Of a DNA stretch of 60,000 bases, positions 11,728 to 23,666 are shown in pieces; the first letter of the stretch is position 1, and every line of letters starts with the position of its first letter. Made by a program: the position numbers and the translations under genes. The notes under the pieces are model-generated. The model saw only the letters and a program-made list of their open reading frames with translations, did no database searches and had not been told where the DNA came from. The stretch covers positions 112,594,001 through 112,654,000 of the forward strand of contig CM059431.1 in NCBI GenBank assembly GCA_030390025.1. The letters are read 5' to 3'. This stretch comes from Squalus acanthias. Lineage: Eukaryota.

Positions 11728-11887
11728 TGATGCGGAGATGCCGGTGTTGGACTGGGGTGGACAAAAATGAGAAGTCGCACAACACCAGGTTATAGTCCAA
11801 CAGCTTTATTTGAAATTACGAGCTTTCGGAGCGCTGCTCCTTCATCAGGTACAGCCTCACTGTACCTTTACCTGAAGTAGGAGCGGA
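11728..11887 (-). mobile_element. Penelope 3' terminus of the family seen at 979 and 54679 (variant)
   Basis: TGATGCGGAGATGCCGGTGTTGGACTGGGGTGGACAAAAATGAGAAGTCGCACAACACCAGGTTATAGTCCAACAGC...; contains a hammerhead core. Confidence 0.85.
11817..11851 (-). ncRNA. Minimal hammerhead ribozyme motif
   Basis: Minus strand reads tac-CTGATGA-a-ggagc(agc)gctcc-GAAA-gc-TC-gta. Confidence 0.7.
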
Positions 11888-13578
11888 GCTTCCGTGGAAC
11901 AGTGTAATAGGCCGAGGACGGTGAGGTCAGAGTGGGAGTGAAGCGGTGAATTAAAGTGACAGGCGACCGGGAGCTCGGGGTCCCCCTTACGGACTGAACG
12001 GAGGTGTTCCGCAAAGCGGTCACCCAATCTGCGTTTGGTCTCCCCAATGTAGAGGAGACCACATCGTGAGCAGCAAATACAGTATACTAAATTGCAGGAA
12101 GTACAAGTAAATCGCTGTTTCACCTGGAAGGGGTGTTTGGGGCCCTGGACAGTGGGAAGAGGGGAGGTATAAGGGCATGTGTTGCATCTCCTGCGCTTGC
12201 ACGGGAAGGTGCCGGGCGAAGGGGAAGGGGTGATGGGGGTGGTAGAGGAGTGGACTAGGGTGTCGCGGAGGGAGCGGTCCCTGCGGAATGCTGAAAGGGG
12301 AGGTGAGGGGAAGATGCGTTTGGTGGTGGGATCACGTTGGAGGTGGCGGAAATGGCGGAGGATGATCCGTTGAATGTGGAAGCTGGTGGGGTGAAAGGTG
12401 AGGACAAGGGGAACTCTATCGTGGTTCCAGAAGGGAGGGGCAGGGGTGAGGGCAGAAGTGCGGGAGATAGAACGGACACGGTCGAGGGCCGTGTCGACCA
12501 CGGTAGAGGGGAATCCTCGGTTGAGGAAAAAGGAAGACATGTCAGAAGCACTGGTATGGAAGGTGGCATCATCAGAGCAGATGCGGCGGAGACGGAGAAA
12601 CTGGGAGAATGGAATAGAGTCCTTACAGGAGGCAGGGTGGGAGGAAGTGTAGTCCAGGTAGCTGTGGGAGTCAGTGGGCTTGTAGTGAATGTTAGTCAAT
12701 AACCTATCCCCAGAGATGGAGACGGAGAAGTCGAGGAAGGGAAGGGAAGAGTCGGAGATGGACCATGTGAAGGTGAGGGAAGGGTGGAAATTGGAAGCAT
12801 AGTGAATGAAATGTTCTAGTTCAGGGCGAGAGCAGGAGACGGCACCGATACAGTCATCAATGTACCGGAAAAAGAGGTGAGGGAGGGGACCCGAGTAGGA
12901 CTGGAACAAAGAGTGTTCCACATATCCCACAAAAAGGCAGGCATAGCTAGGACCCATGCGGGTACCCATAGCAACACCTTTAATTTGGAGGAAATGAGTG
13001 GAGTCAAAGGAGAAGTTGTTCAATGTGAGAACAAGTTCAGCCAGGCGGAGGAGGGTGGTGGTGGATGGGGACTGGTTGGGCCTCTGTTCAAGGAAGAAGC
13101 GGAGCGCCCTAAGGCCATCCTGGTGGGGAATGGAGGTGTAGAGGGATTGTACGTCCATAGTGAAGAGGAGGCAGTTGGGGCCGGGAAACTGGAAACTGTT
13201 AAAATGGCGGAGGGCATCGGAAGAGTCGCGGATGTAGGTGGGAAGAGACTGGACAAGGGGAGAAAAAATAGAGTCAAGATAGGAAGAGATAAGTTCCGTG
13301 GGGCAAGAACAGGCTGAAACGATGGGTCTACCGGGGCAGTCCTGTTTGTGGATCTTGGGAAGGAGGTAGAAGCGGGCTGTGCGGGGTTGGGGAACTGAGG
13401 TTGGCGGCCGTGGGGGGAAGATCTCCAGAGGAGATGAGGTCAGTGACGGTCTTGGAAATGGTGGTTTGATGTTCGGTAGTGGGGTCATGGTCCAGGTGGA
13501 GGTAGGAGGAGGTGTCGGAGAGTTGGCGTTCAGCTTCCGCTAGGTAGAGGTCGGTACGCCAAACAACAACAGCACCAG
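11888..13578 (-). mobile_element. Penelope-like retroelement ORF fragment: reverse transcriptase + GIY-YIG endonuclease (5'-truncated, frameshift near 13390-13400, 3' end replaced)
   Basis: GAVVVWRTDLYLAEAERQL, FYLLPKIHK..PGRPIVS, FTMDVQSLYTSIP, QIKGVAMGTRMGPSYA, FRYIDD, LPFLD, CKRRRCNTC, NLVYCICCSRCGLLYIGETKRRLGDRFAEH. Confidence 0.93.
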
Positions 13579-15155
13579 ACAACTTCTCCTTTGACTCCAC
13601 CCATTTCCTCCAAATTAAAGGTGTTGCTATGGGTACCCGCATGGGTCCTAGCTATGCCTGCCTTTTCGTGGGATATGTGGAACACTCTTTGTTCCAGTCC
13701 TACTCGGGTCCCCTCCCTCACCTCTTTTTCCGGTACATTGATGACTGTATCGGCGCCGTCTCCTGCTCTCGCCCTGAACTAGAACATTTCATTCACTATG
13801 CTTCCAATTTCCACCCTTCCCTCACCTTCACATGGTCCATCTCCGACTCTTCCCTTCCCTTCCTCGACTTCTCCGTCTCCATCTCTGGGGATAGGTTATT
13901 GACTAACATTCACTACAAGCCCACTGACTCCCACAGCTACCTGGACTACACTTCCTCCCACCCTGCCTCCTGTAAGGACTCTATTCCATTCTCCCAGTTT
14001 CTCCGTCTCCGCCGCATCTGCTCTGATGATGCCACCTTCCATACCAGTGCTTCTGACATGTCTTCCTTTTTCCTCAACCGAGGATTCCCCTCTACCGTGG
14101 TCGACACGGCCCTCGACCGTGTCCGTTCTATCTCCCGCACTTCTGCCCTCACCCCGCCCCTCCCTCCCGGAACCACGATAGAGTTCCCCTTGTCCTCACC
14201 TTTCACCCCACCAGCCTCCACATTCAACGGATCATCCTCCGCCATTTCCGCCACCTCCAGCGTGATTCCACCACCAAACGCATCTTCCCCTCACCTCCCC
14301 TTTCAGCATTCCGCAGGGACCGCTCCCTCCGCGACACCCTAGTCCACTCCTCTACCACCCCTTCCCCTGGCACCTTCCCGTGCAAGCGCAGGAGATGCAA
14401 CATATGCCCTTATACCTCCCCTCGTCCCACTGTCCAGGGCCCCAAACACCCCTTCCAGGTGAAACAGCGATTTACTTGTACTTCCTGCAATTTAGTATAC
14501 TGTATTCGCTGCTCACGCTGTGGTCTCCTCTACATTGGGGAGACCAAACGCAGATTGGGTGACCACTTTGCGGAACACCTCCGTTCAGTCCGTAAGGGGG
14601 ACCCCGAGCTCCCGGTCGCCTGTCACTTTAATTCACCGCTTCACTCCCACTCTGACCTCACCGTCCTCGGCCTATTACACTGTTCCACGGAAGCGCAGCG
14701 TAAGCTCGAGGAACAGCACCTCCTCTTTCGTTTAGGCACCCTACAGCCCTCTGGACTCAATATCGAGTTCAACAATTTTAGATCATAACCTTAGCCCCAT
14801 CACATTTATATTTTATTTTCTCATCCACCCTTTTATTTGCCCCCCCCCCTTTTTTTTTCCTCCTAGAAGCTGGCAGCTGTCCTTCATTCTGCCAGTGCAT
14901 TTCACACTTCTTTCAGCCTTAACCTGTCACATTAACACCAGCTCTTGCCTTGATATCTTGTAATGTCTCTTAATCTCTCCTTTTGTTCTTTTATCCCCTC
15001 CCCCTTGTCTCAGCTTTATCCTTGCTTTAAATCTATTTGATTGCCTGCTGTCTCCAGTTCTGATGAAAGGTCTTCGACCTGAAACGTTAACTCTGTTTCT
15101 CTCTCCATGGATGCTGCCTCGCCTGCTGAGTTTTTCCAGCGTTTTCTGTTATTGC
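13579..15155 (+). mobile_element. Inverted second Penelope copy (RT C-terminal half + GIY-YIG, frameshifted) with 3' UTR/pLTR
   Basis: 13579-14694 is the reverse complement of 11888-13019 with scattered differences. It continues to the natural C-terminus RKLEEQHLLFRLGTLQPSGLNIEFNNFRS* (14788), a pyrimidine-rich UTR, a hammerhead and a GATGCTGCC..CCTGCTGAGTTTTTCCAGCGTTTTCTG tail. Confidence 0.92.
15056..15092 (+). ncRNA. Minimal type I hammerhead ribozyme motif in Penelope 3' UTR
   Basis: agtt-CTGATGA-a-aggtc(ttc)gacct-GAAA-cg-TT-aact: perfect stems I and II, palindromic AACGTT stem III. Confidence 0.85.
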
Positions 15156-15329
15156 AGTTTTATTAATACAGCTGCAAATGGATTAATCACCAAAAATAAG
15201 CATTTTTAGAAAGAGTGTCTAGTCGACCACCAGATTTTAAATAACTGAAAAGGACTACAGAACCATTTACCAGTTTCATTGGTGTACTGTAGTCAGTTTT
15301 AGTAAATTAAATATATTAATATTCAAAAG

Positions 15330-15617
15330 CTTTTAAAAGGTGCCTATTAGTGCCCTTGCACCTAAAAGAGAACAGGTTAATTTTACGAGCCTCCTCGAAG
15401 GCCTGCAAACGCACCATGCTGATTAATTTGATCTGGGGGCGTGGCCAGTTTTGTGTGCAGGGTTGGCTTCCAGCGCCATGTTTTTTTAAACCAGCGCAAA
15501 AGATCACAAACTCTTTTTGTGCTGGACATTATTTGCGCTCGAAATTCCTCAATCTTTAGCGCTGGTTTGGCCGAATTGCGCTGAAAAACCAGCGCAACCG
15601 AGCAGAAACTCCAGCCA
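15330..15617. mobile_element. Partial MITE related to 9040-9754 (right end only)
   Basis: Ends AGCAGAAACTCCAGCC like AGCAGAAACTCGAGGCCC at 9737-9754; repeated CAGCGC/GCGCTG motifs. Confidence 0.45.
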
Positions 15618-17737
15618 AAGTATCATGTAGAACAACAATCTGCAACATATTGGGTTAAATGCATTGAAGGGTTGAGAAAGTATCATAAACCATGAAACAT
15701 TCTGCTACCCCGACACATTGCTGAATTAAATAAATATAGATTTAAGTATTCCTTAGTCAGTGGGAACAAAATGGTGGATACATTCTATTACAAGCTAGGA
15801 TAGCTGAATTTATATCACTGAATGCAATATTAGAGTCTAAGTATTATACAGTAATATGACATACACTGTACAATGGCACCACACAATAACAAGTGTCTTT
15901 TTTATATTCCATGGAGATGGCATCACAATCAAGGCTAGACAGCACTATGTCAGGGGTGGGGTTGAAGTAGATTCACATCATTGTCAACCAGAACACTGTA
16001 ATCCATACATCAGTCAAACTCACCTTTTGCCCAATCAGAACAGAATAGACAAGGAGCTGAGGAATATGATCAGTGCTCTACCCTTACTGGTGACCATAAT
16101 TCGCCTATGACTGTTCCTGGAGCTATTTCTGTCCAACATGGAAGATAAATTCTGAATCATGAATCTCCCAATTGTGCTCTAGCATTCAGTGTGCTGCTAA
16201 ACAATGCAGAGTGGCCAGGGAAGGGGGGGGGGGGGGGGGGGGAAATGTAACCACTTCATCATACCATCTTGAAACAAGTCAACAACCCAATGACCTTTGA
16301 GTGTTTGACATTCCACACTTTTTTTTTTAAATACCTTTTCAATGAACAGTAGACAATATGGGGAAACGGTGTTATAATAAATTTATTCCATGTATCCTCA
16401 CTTGCAGAGGAACAGCTCCTCCATTGTGCAAGTAGATTTGAAATGCTGCACACTTTCATAATTTTTAGGCACAACTGTAGTAATACAGCTTCTTACAACA
16501 CAAATTTGAGGATCTCTTTTGTTCATTTATTCAAGCGCAAGTACTTTAAGGATGTTCCAGTCCATAACTTATCTGTAAGCACAATTTCAAATTGCCAGGT
16601 TCAGGAGCAACTTTCAAGTTTCTCATTGAGTGATTCTTCAGATACAAACTAATCCCTTGCTTTGTATCCAGGCCTGTTACCCTGTGTGTTGGCTTGACTT
16701 TATCATTTGGTCACAACTAAGGCTGTTGTAAATATGCAGGCTAATAAATTGGGCAGTTTCTTAGTTTTACTTTGTGTTTGGTGAGAACTTGCAAATTCCC
16801 AACATCTCAAACATATTGAATATAGAGACCAACAATGGTAGGAAGAAGCAGAACCAATATTCCACTAAATAAGAAAATAAAACAAATCCAGATAGGATGG
16901 ATTCTGCATATGCTATTGGTCGCTATTATACGAAGTATCAGGACTTGGATTTTACATTAAGGCACATCAGTATGCATTGACAATTTCGAGATCTCTAGTT
17001 TGAGGTTTACCCTAGGAAAACTGTGAGAAGGACGCAATGCTGGTTCTCCACTTGGTGGTTCTTGTGCTTGGAATTTTTTTCTTAAGTCTTGCGAGCAGAT
17101 ATCCAATCTGCAAGATCTTGCTCCCACGGAGACAGGCAGCGGTGATTTTAAAATGCCGTAATGTATCAAGGCTTTCCTCCCGCCCAAAAAAACACGTCTG
17201 ATTTGCTTGTTGAAGTACCCACTTTTATGTCATTGTAATGTGCATAAAGATAACAAAGGGACATTACGATGCACTATTTGATACTTTAATAAACATACGT
17301 TTAGTCTAAGCAAAAGTCCTACTTATATATGGTAAGTTTACAGCATACATGGCAATTCCAACCATTGCAATTTAAAAAAAAAACCTTGAAACTGGTATGA
17401 CAAATAGACTAAGCCTGATATTTTTCCTTAGCAGAGATGGATGTTGCTTTGAGACAACTGTGCAAAGATTGATGTTCTGATATATTTTAGAAGTGAAAAG
17501 TTATAATGCCCCCAAAACATGAAGGTAATTATTAAAAGTTATCTGCACCTGCTTCACAGAAGTGAACATATTATTAGCACAATGCACTCTTCCGAATTAA
17601 TGATTCAACTCTCGTTTCTGACTAAAACCCAAACTGTATTCTACAGGCTTCACAAGGCTTATATATACACACATTATGTGACTGAATAATTTCCCATTCA
17701 CACAACAGGTTTTCACTGTATAAAAATGTACAGCGGT

Positions 17738-17743
17738 TTTATT
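17738..17743 (-). promoter_or_regulatory. Candidate MYCBP2 polyadenylation signal (AATAAA)
   Basis: TTTATT on + strand about 650 nt downstream of the stop codon in repeat-free AT-rich UTR-like sequence; not confirmed by transcript data. Confidence 0.35.
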
Positions 17744-18390
17744 GACATATACATTCCATATGTTTACAGCTGCAAGATAGGAGGCACACCCAGTATTGCA
17801 CTTCATTAAAATTTCAGGCTCAAACATAACCCTAGAAGTTTAAATGAAAATTGCAGTGTAACGTAGCAACTTTGTAATACACCTAACACTGATACCATAT
17901 ATACATTATGATATTCATACACAACAAGCCCTAACACATCCTCAACAGTCTATCAAATGAACCAGAATATACTCTCAACCCGTGACGCGGTTACGATTTT
18001 CAAGAATACTGTACAGGGTTACCCAAAAGTAGTACTCTGTGTACTTGTAGCAATTTTTCAGATGTGTAATTTGGAAGCTGTCCTTGTCCATAGATCCCAA
18101 TTGCTTTTAGAAAAAGCATCTTCTGCCAAGGTACCGTGTAGGTGTGTGATGCTTTACAGCCGAGGATTACAACGGCAGCATGCAAACACTTCACAAGTTT
18201 AAAGCCTTTTGGAAAACTCGAGTCATTTACAGCAATAAGTATGTACACACAAAAAAAAAGAGTTCATTTTTGTGCACAACGTTGTTCTTTCATTCAGATG
18301 ATAGTGAGCCAACCCAGTTTGCTGACTTCAGTTCAGAAACTGAAGAGACTAAAAGGCTGGAAAATCTGAAGGAGCTTCGCTGTTGCATGT

Positions 18391-18506
18391 TTAGAATGTA
18401 TGAGCATTTCTGCATACACCGCAACCCAGAGCAAATTCTTCACCAGTGGTTGGGTGGACAACATGAAGAGGACACTCTGCTCCCTCGAGCTGTTTTCCTT
18501 TTGGAC
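18391..18506 (-). CDS. MYCBP2: MYCBP2 last coding exon
   Basis: (G)PKGKQLEGAECPLHVVHPTTGEEFALGCGVCRNAHTF* ; acceptor ccag|G, stop TAA. Confidence 0.95.
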
Positions 18507-19309
18507 CTGGATAAGAGAAGATAAAATGCAGTTGAGTCAGGTAGTTAATCATTTATACGCCAAAACTGAAATTTGATGATTGAAGCTACAGCTTTAACAT
18601 CTCTACTGCTCCTGGATCACATACGTGAAAAAAGAACTGAACTTCTAATAGGTAATCCCACCTCAACTCCCCTTACATTACAATTTATTCTTCCATTTTT
18701 CTTGTATTGATACTACTATAGTCACTGTTCCTCTGGACTTTTTCTCTCTTGTTCCTCTGAAGCTGCTAACGCCCTGTCCTGCAAGTGCTTCTTCCTCTTT
18801 GCATCCCATGTTGAAATTAGGACTCATTGCACCATCTACTTAAACTGCTCCTTTCCCAGATTCTCAGAACTGTGGAACTCCTTACTTCCTTCGGTTGTCC
18901 CTTCCTTTTTCTGACAAGCTACAGGCTTTTAAAACCCAATCTTAGCTTCACTTAGCCACCACTTAATTAATCCAATCTTTTCTCCCCCTCTTCTCAAGCT
19001 TATTAGCTCTTCACCCAAGTTTCTCAGTTTAAAAAAAATCACAGAATTCGTAATTTCCAGAACTTCCATAATAGTGCTTAAAATGTGATGACATTACATG
19101 ATCAAGGATAAAATACATCTCAGACAAATAGCAGTGCACAAACAAATTTCTGGCAAGTGAGACTGAAAGGCTCATACTGCTGAGTATCCAGGAGATGTGG
19201 ACACAGGCAGACCTGACAGAGGAAATCTATGAATTCAGCCTCCTCCTCTCAAGCCCATTTCCAATTTTGCCTCCAACTTTTTCCCCTGAATACTGAGCTA
19301 TGGTTTGAC

Positions 19310-19580
19310 AGGCACCAGCAGGTCCCTGGGACTTCACTCAAATGATCATTGTTCTCATACCAGCATGATTATAGAGTGTCGGTGGGCAATATTGCCAAAT
19401 TTGACTGTCCTCACAGATGCATTTCCAGCAAGTCATTACTTACCAATCAGGAATGTGGAAACCTTGCCAAATTCTCAACTAGGGGCCAATTCCAAAAGCA
19501 GCTCAACTGCTGACCTGGCTGAAAACTGCTTGGTCAGCATGCACCAATTATTCCACCTGGTACCTTACTGATCTGCTCAC
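19310..19580 (-). mobile_element. Highly degenerate copy of an older tRNA-type SINE family (also ~38960-39100, 47785-48000, 49800-50120)
   Basis: Shared degenerate blocks (CTGTCCTCAC, AGGAATGTGGAAACCTTG, GGCCAA, CTGACCTGGCTGA) with the other copies. Confidence 0.4.
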
Positions 19581-19675
19581 AAATACATCCTTTCTTACAC
19601 ATTCATGCAACAAAACAGTACAACATGAAAAGTTTTAAAAAACCAATCCAGAAGCCCAAGTGCCATATTCATACT

Positions 19676-21140
19676 AGAACTAGCCGCGCCTCTAGCCAAG
19701 CTGTTCCAGTACAGCTACAACACTGGCATCTATCCGACAATGTGGAAAACTGCCCAGGTATGTCCTGTCCACAAAAAGCAGGACAAATCCAATCCGGCCA
19801 ATTATCGCCCCATCAGTCTACTCTCAATCATCAGCAAAGTGATGGAAGGTGTTGTTAACAGTGCTATCAAGCGGCACTTACTCACCAATAACCTGCTCAC
19901 TGATGCCCAGTTTGGGTTCCGCCAAGACCACTCTGCTCCCGACCTCATTACAGCCTTGGTCCAAACATGGACAAAGGAGCTGAATTCCAGAGGTGAGGTG
20001 AGAGTGACTGCCCTTGACATCACGGCAGTATTTGACTGAGTGTGGCATCAAGGAGCCCTAGTGAAACTGAAGTCAATGGGAATCAGGGGGAAAACGCTCC
20101 ACTGGCTGGAGTCATACCTAGCACAAAGGAAGATGGTTGTGGTGGTTGGAGGTCAATCATCACAGCCCCAGGACATCGCTGCAGGAGTTCCTCAGGGCAG
20201 TGTCCTAGGTCCAACCATCTTCAGCTGCTTCATCAATGACTTTCCCTCCAACAAAAGGTCAGAAATGGGGATGTTCGCTGATGACTGCACAGTGTTCAGT
20301 TCCATTCACAACTCCTCATATAATGAAGCAGTCCATGCCCGCATGCAACAAGACCTGGACGACGTTCAGACTTGGGCTGTTAAGCGGCATGTAACATTCG
20401 CAGCACACAAGTGCCAGGCAATAATTATCTTTAACAAGCGAGAGTCTAACCACTGCCCCTTGACATTCAACAGCATTACCATCGCCGAATCCCTCACCAT
20501 CAACATCCTGGGGGGTCACCACTGACCAGAAACTTAACTGCACCAGCCACATAAATACTGTGTCAACAAGAGCAGGTCAGAGGCTAGGTATTCTGTGGCG
20601 AGTGTCTCACCTCCTGACTCCCCAAAGCCTTTACACCATCTACAAGGCACAATTAAGGAGTGTGATGGAATACTCTACTTGCCTGGATGAGTGCAGCTCC
20701 AACAACACTCAAGAAGCTCGACACCATCCAGGACAAAGCAGCCCGCTTGATTGGCACCCCATCCACCACCGGCGTACTGTGGCTGCAGTGTGTACCATCT
20801 ACAAGATGCACTGCAGCAACTCGCCAAGGCTTCTTCAGCAGCACCTCCCAAACCCATGACCTCTTCCACCTAGAAGGACAAGGGCAGCAGGCGCATGGGA
20901 ACACCACCACCTCCAAGTTACACACCATCCTGATGTGGAAGTATACCACCGTTCCTTCATCGTCGCTGGGTGAAAATTCTGGAACTCCCTCCCAAACAGC
21001 ACTGTGGGAGTACATTCACCACACGGACTGCAGTGGTTCAAGGCGGCGGCTCACCACCACCTTCTCAAGGGCAATTAGGGATGGGCAATAAATGCTGGCC
21101 TTGCCAGCGATGCCCACATTCCATGAACTAATAAAAAAAA
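19676..21140 (+). mobile_element. CR1-clade LINE (second family), 5'-truncated RT region and 3' end
   Basis: WKTAQVCPVHKKQDKSNPANYRPISLLS, QFGFR, ALDITAVFD, GVPQGSVLGP, FADD; terminus GGGCAATTAGGGATGGGCAATAAATGCTGGCCTTGCCAGCGATGCCCACAT..poly(A). Confidence 0.92.
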
Positions 21141-21243
21141 ATGTTTTTGTAAAAAAAAGTATTAAAATGTCGTTTGTATGCTTTGAGCATATTACGTTGC
21201 ACAGTGACTAGTTACTCTAAACAGACAAGAAAAGATATACTAC

Positions 21244-21409
21244 CTGCAGGACAATGGGGGAGTTCTTCTTTAGGGATACTCGTCATTCTCTGGAAGTCAT
21301 CATGGCAAGCATTACAGAAATGTGTTGTTCCAAAGCAAAAAAACACCGCCACAGAGCAGCAATACCGACACTTGTATTCCAGGAAGTCGGTACCATGTTT
21401 GGGGCACAT
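21244..21409 (-). CDS. MYCBP2: MYCBP2 exon (tandem-cysteine domain, downstream catalytic Cys in FFCFG)
   Basis: [55 protein letters not shown](G); AG/GT boundaries. Confidence 0.96.
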
Positions 21410-21903
21410 CTGTCGAAGAATATTAACATGTCATATACTACTAACAGATTGCATTGCTACAAGATTGAAAACTGTAATCTAAATTCTTGATTGGCTTGTT
21501 ACCAGCAATGGGATATGTATTGCTGTGTTTGAAGATTAATGATCTTTTGTCTCCCTGACCTTATAGGTGGGGAGATGACCTGTTCCCAGACCTCTGCCAA
21601 TGGAACTCTTAATCCAGCCTCTAGGATGAGGAAGTGCCTGGCATGTGCTTATGACAAACAGCATTGCAGTTTGGGGAAACTTGTACTATTTTGTGGCTTC
21701 TCTCTTTTCCCCCTCCCACCCACACAAACCATACCGTTTGAGTAGAATTTAGTCTACCTTTTTTACAAAAAACTCACTAAATTACCTAAAATGTCATTAT
21801 TTTAAAGAATTTCTAATGAATTAATTTTCAAACAAAATAAACAACTTCAATGCTGTAATATCACATTTAAGTAACCTCCAGAATATGGGTAAACAAAGAA
21901 TAC

Positions 21904-22011
21904 CTGCGCTCTAGAGACATCCGAGCAAGCACCGCAGATCAATTCCCGTGGGTCATAGTCATCACCCTGGCCTGCTTCAGCATCACATCGCGCTTCACCA
22001 CCAAAATAAGC
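21904..22011 (-). CDS. MYCBP2: MYCBP2 exon (upstream catalytic Cys in ARCDAE)
   Basis: AYFGGEARCDAEAGQGDDYDPRELICGACSDVSRAQ; AG/GT, 108 nt. Confidence 0.95.
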
Positions 22012-23027
22012 CTACATGAAAGACAGTTAGCTGTATTAATGTAGGCAAAAAATAGAAGGCTTTCAACTCAATGCATACAGTCAACACTAGAGATACTGTC
22101 ACTTAAGTGCGCAAACAGTTTTAAGAAAGTGAAAAGTCTGTAAGTGACTTACTCAGCTCTCAGATACAGAATGTGTGTTCATCCCCTCCAAGCAAAATCC
22201 TAAAATGCATTTTGACTGCTTTATACAGCCTTCAAGGTGACAGTGTAACTTTTGCTTCTAGAATGCCATGAAACCTCAGGCTTTACAAAACATTAACCTG
22301 GGAGACGTTGCCAAGTTGATTGGATTTCTTCAAATTTGTTTTCTTTAAATTGCACTGAAAATTCTGGTTATATTGTTGGTTGGATTAAAACTCTCCCTTA
22401 AATATTGGCAGGGCCAAAATGTGAATTTGGGGAAAAAAAAAAACCACAAAAGTAGTTGAATGTTTGAAGAGTTACTCTAGAATTCTCTTTAGACTGTAGA
22501 AGACTGAACTACAATGAATTCCAGTGAAACCAAGCACTGATAAGTGGCGAAGAAAACGATTTGCGTGTGTGCAGACAACAAGAATATCTGTTGCTGATTT
22601 GTATGTAGAGGTTGAACAACTGATATACACTAAGTGTATATGAGTTGAAATATTTTTTTTTTCAATAAAAGTGTGCCGTAGATGATTAAGAGACTAAATT
22701 ACTACTTTAAAAAAAAGTTAAGATTTACCACTTGTAAATTGACAACTTCTTTTATGGGTCTATCTTTGTTGCATCAGAATACGAGTTTCCTGGTTTGATT
22801 GTATTATAGAATACAGACCGCACCCCCCCCGCCATGTTACGATATCACACACTGTTTTCTGGTTTTAACAGAGCAAAAGGGTAGTTAATAACATTGATAA
22901 AATGATTCTGCTTTGAGCTATTTCTCTGAAAAAGGAAATATCAGGCAGACTGTTCATTCCAACTAAAAGGCACAAATAGGACTCAAAATCCATCAGTTAA
23001 ATATGACTTCTTCAAACGTGCACCTAC

Positions 23028-23237
23028 CTTCTTACACTTGTAGCAGACGTAGTAAGCGTATCTATTCATTGCAAATCCAGCAGGATCATTGTAAAAACGA
23101 ACACCTGGAGTAGTGATAGCTTCACTTTTGTGTAACCCTTCATATTCTAGCCTCATTAGAGCCTTCCTCCTTACATCTTCATACAGGTCTTTGATGGGAT
23201 CAAGTAGATCTTTTAATACTAGATGATTTATTTTGTT
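23028..23237 (-). CDS. MYCBP2: MYCBP2 exon
   Basis: NKINHLVLKDLLDPIKDLYEDVRRKALMRLEYEGLHKSEAITTPGVRFYNDPAGFAMNRYAYYVCYKCKK; AG/GT, 210 nt. Confidence 0.95.
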
Positions 23238-23347
23238 CTGAAATTATACAAAAATCTGAAGTTTTTCTCAAATTCGTCACTTGCTCAAATCAGTGCTGCA
23301 AAGGCTAATCCACAGTGTAAATGGAAATCAATCTGCAGGATTCTCAC

Positions 23348-23455
23348 CTTACATATTGGACATGCCATAAATCCAAAAGTTATTCTTGGGCCAAGCCACT
23401 GATTTTCAAGAACTCGTCTACAGCAATGTAGATGGAAAACGTGACTACACTCCAA
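23348..23455 (-). CDS. MYCBP2: MYCBP2 exon (RING-H2 C-terminal half)
   Basis: LECSHVFHLHCCRRVLENQWLGPRITFGFMACPICK; AG/GT, 108 nt. Confidence 0.95.
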
Positions 23456-23666
23456 CTTAAAAGAGAGCAAAACACATGAATCAGTCATTATATAATGTTG
23501 GGACATGCACAGACTGTAGATCTTTAAAATGTACAACAAATTTCTTCTATCTTGATAGTAAACATGTAGAGATCTGTGAATGACAAGAGTACAAATAAAC
23601 ATTGAAACTTTTTTTAATTTCTTGGGTTCGTGCTCTCCTAATGGTCAGCTAAAAGGGTTGGACCAG

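Noticed and set aside
11857..13488. Intact 543 aa Penelope protein or domesticated RT gene
   Set aside because: The N-terminal ~30 aa are out of frame relative to the upstream RT sequence, the 5' end is truncated and the C-terminus is replaced at the chimeric junction.
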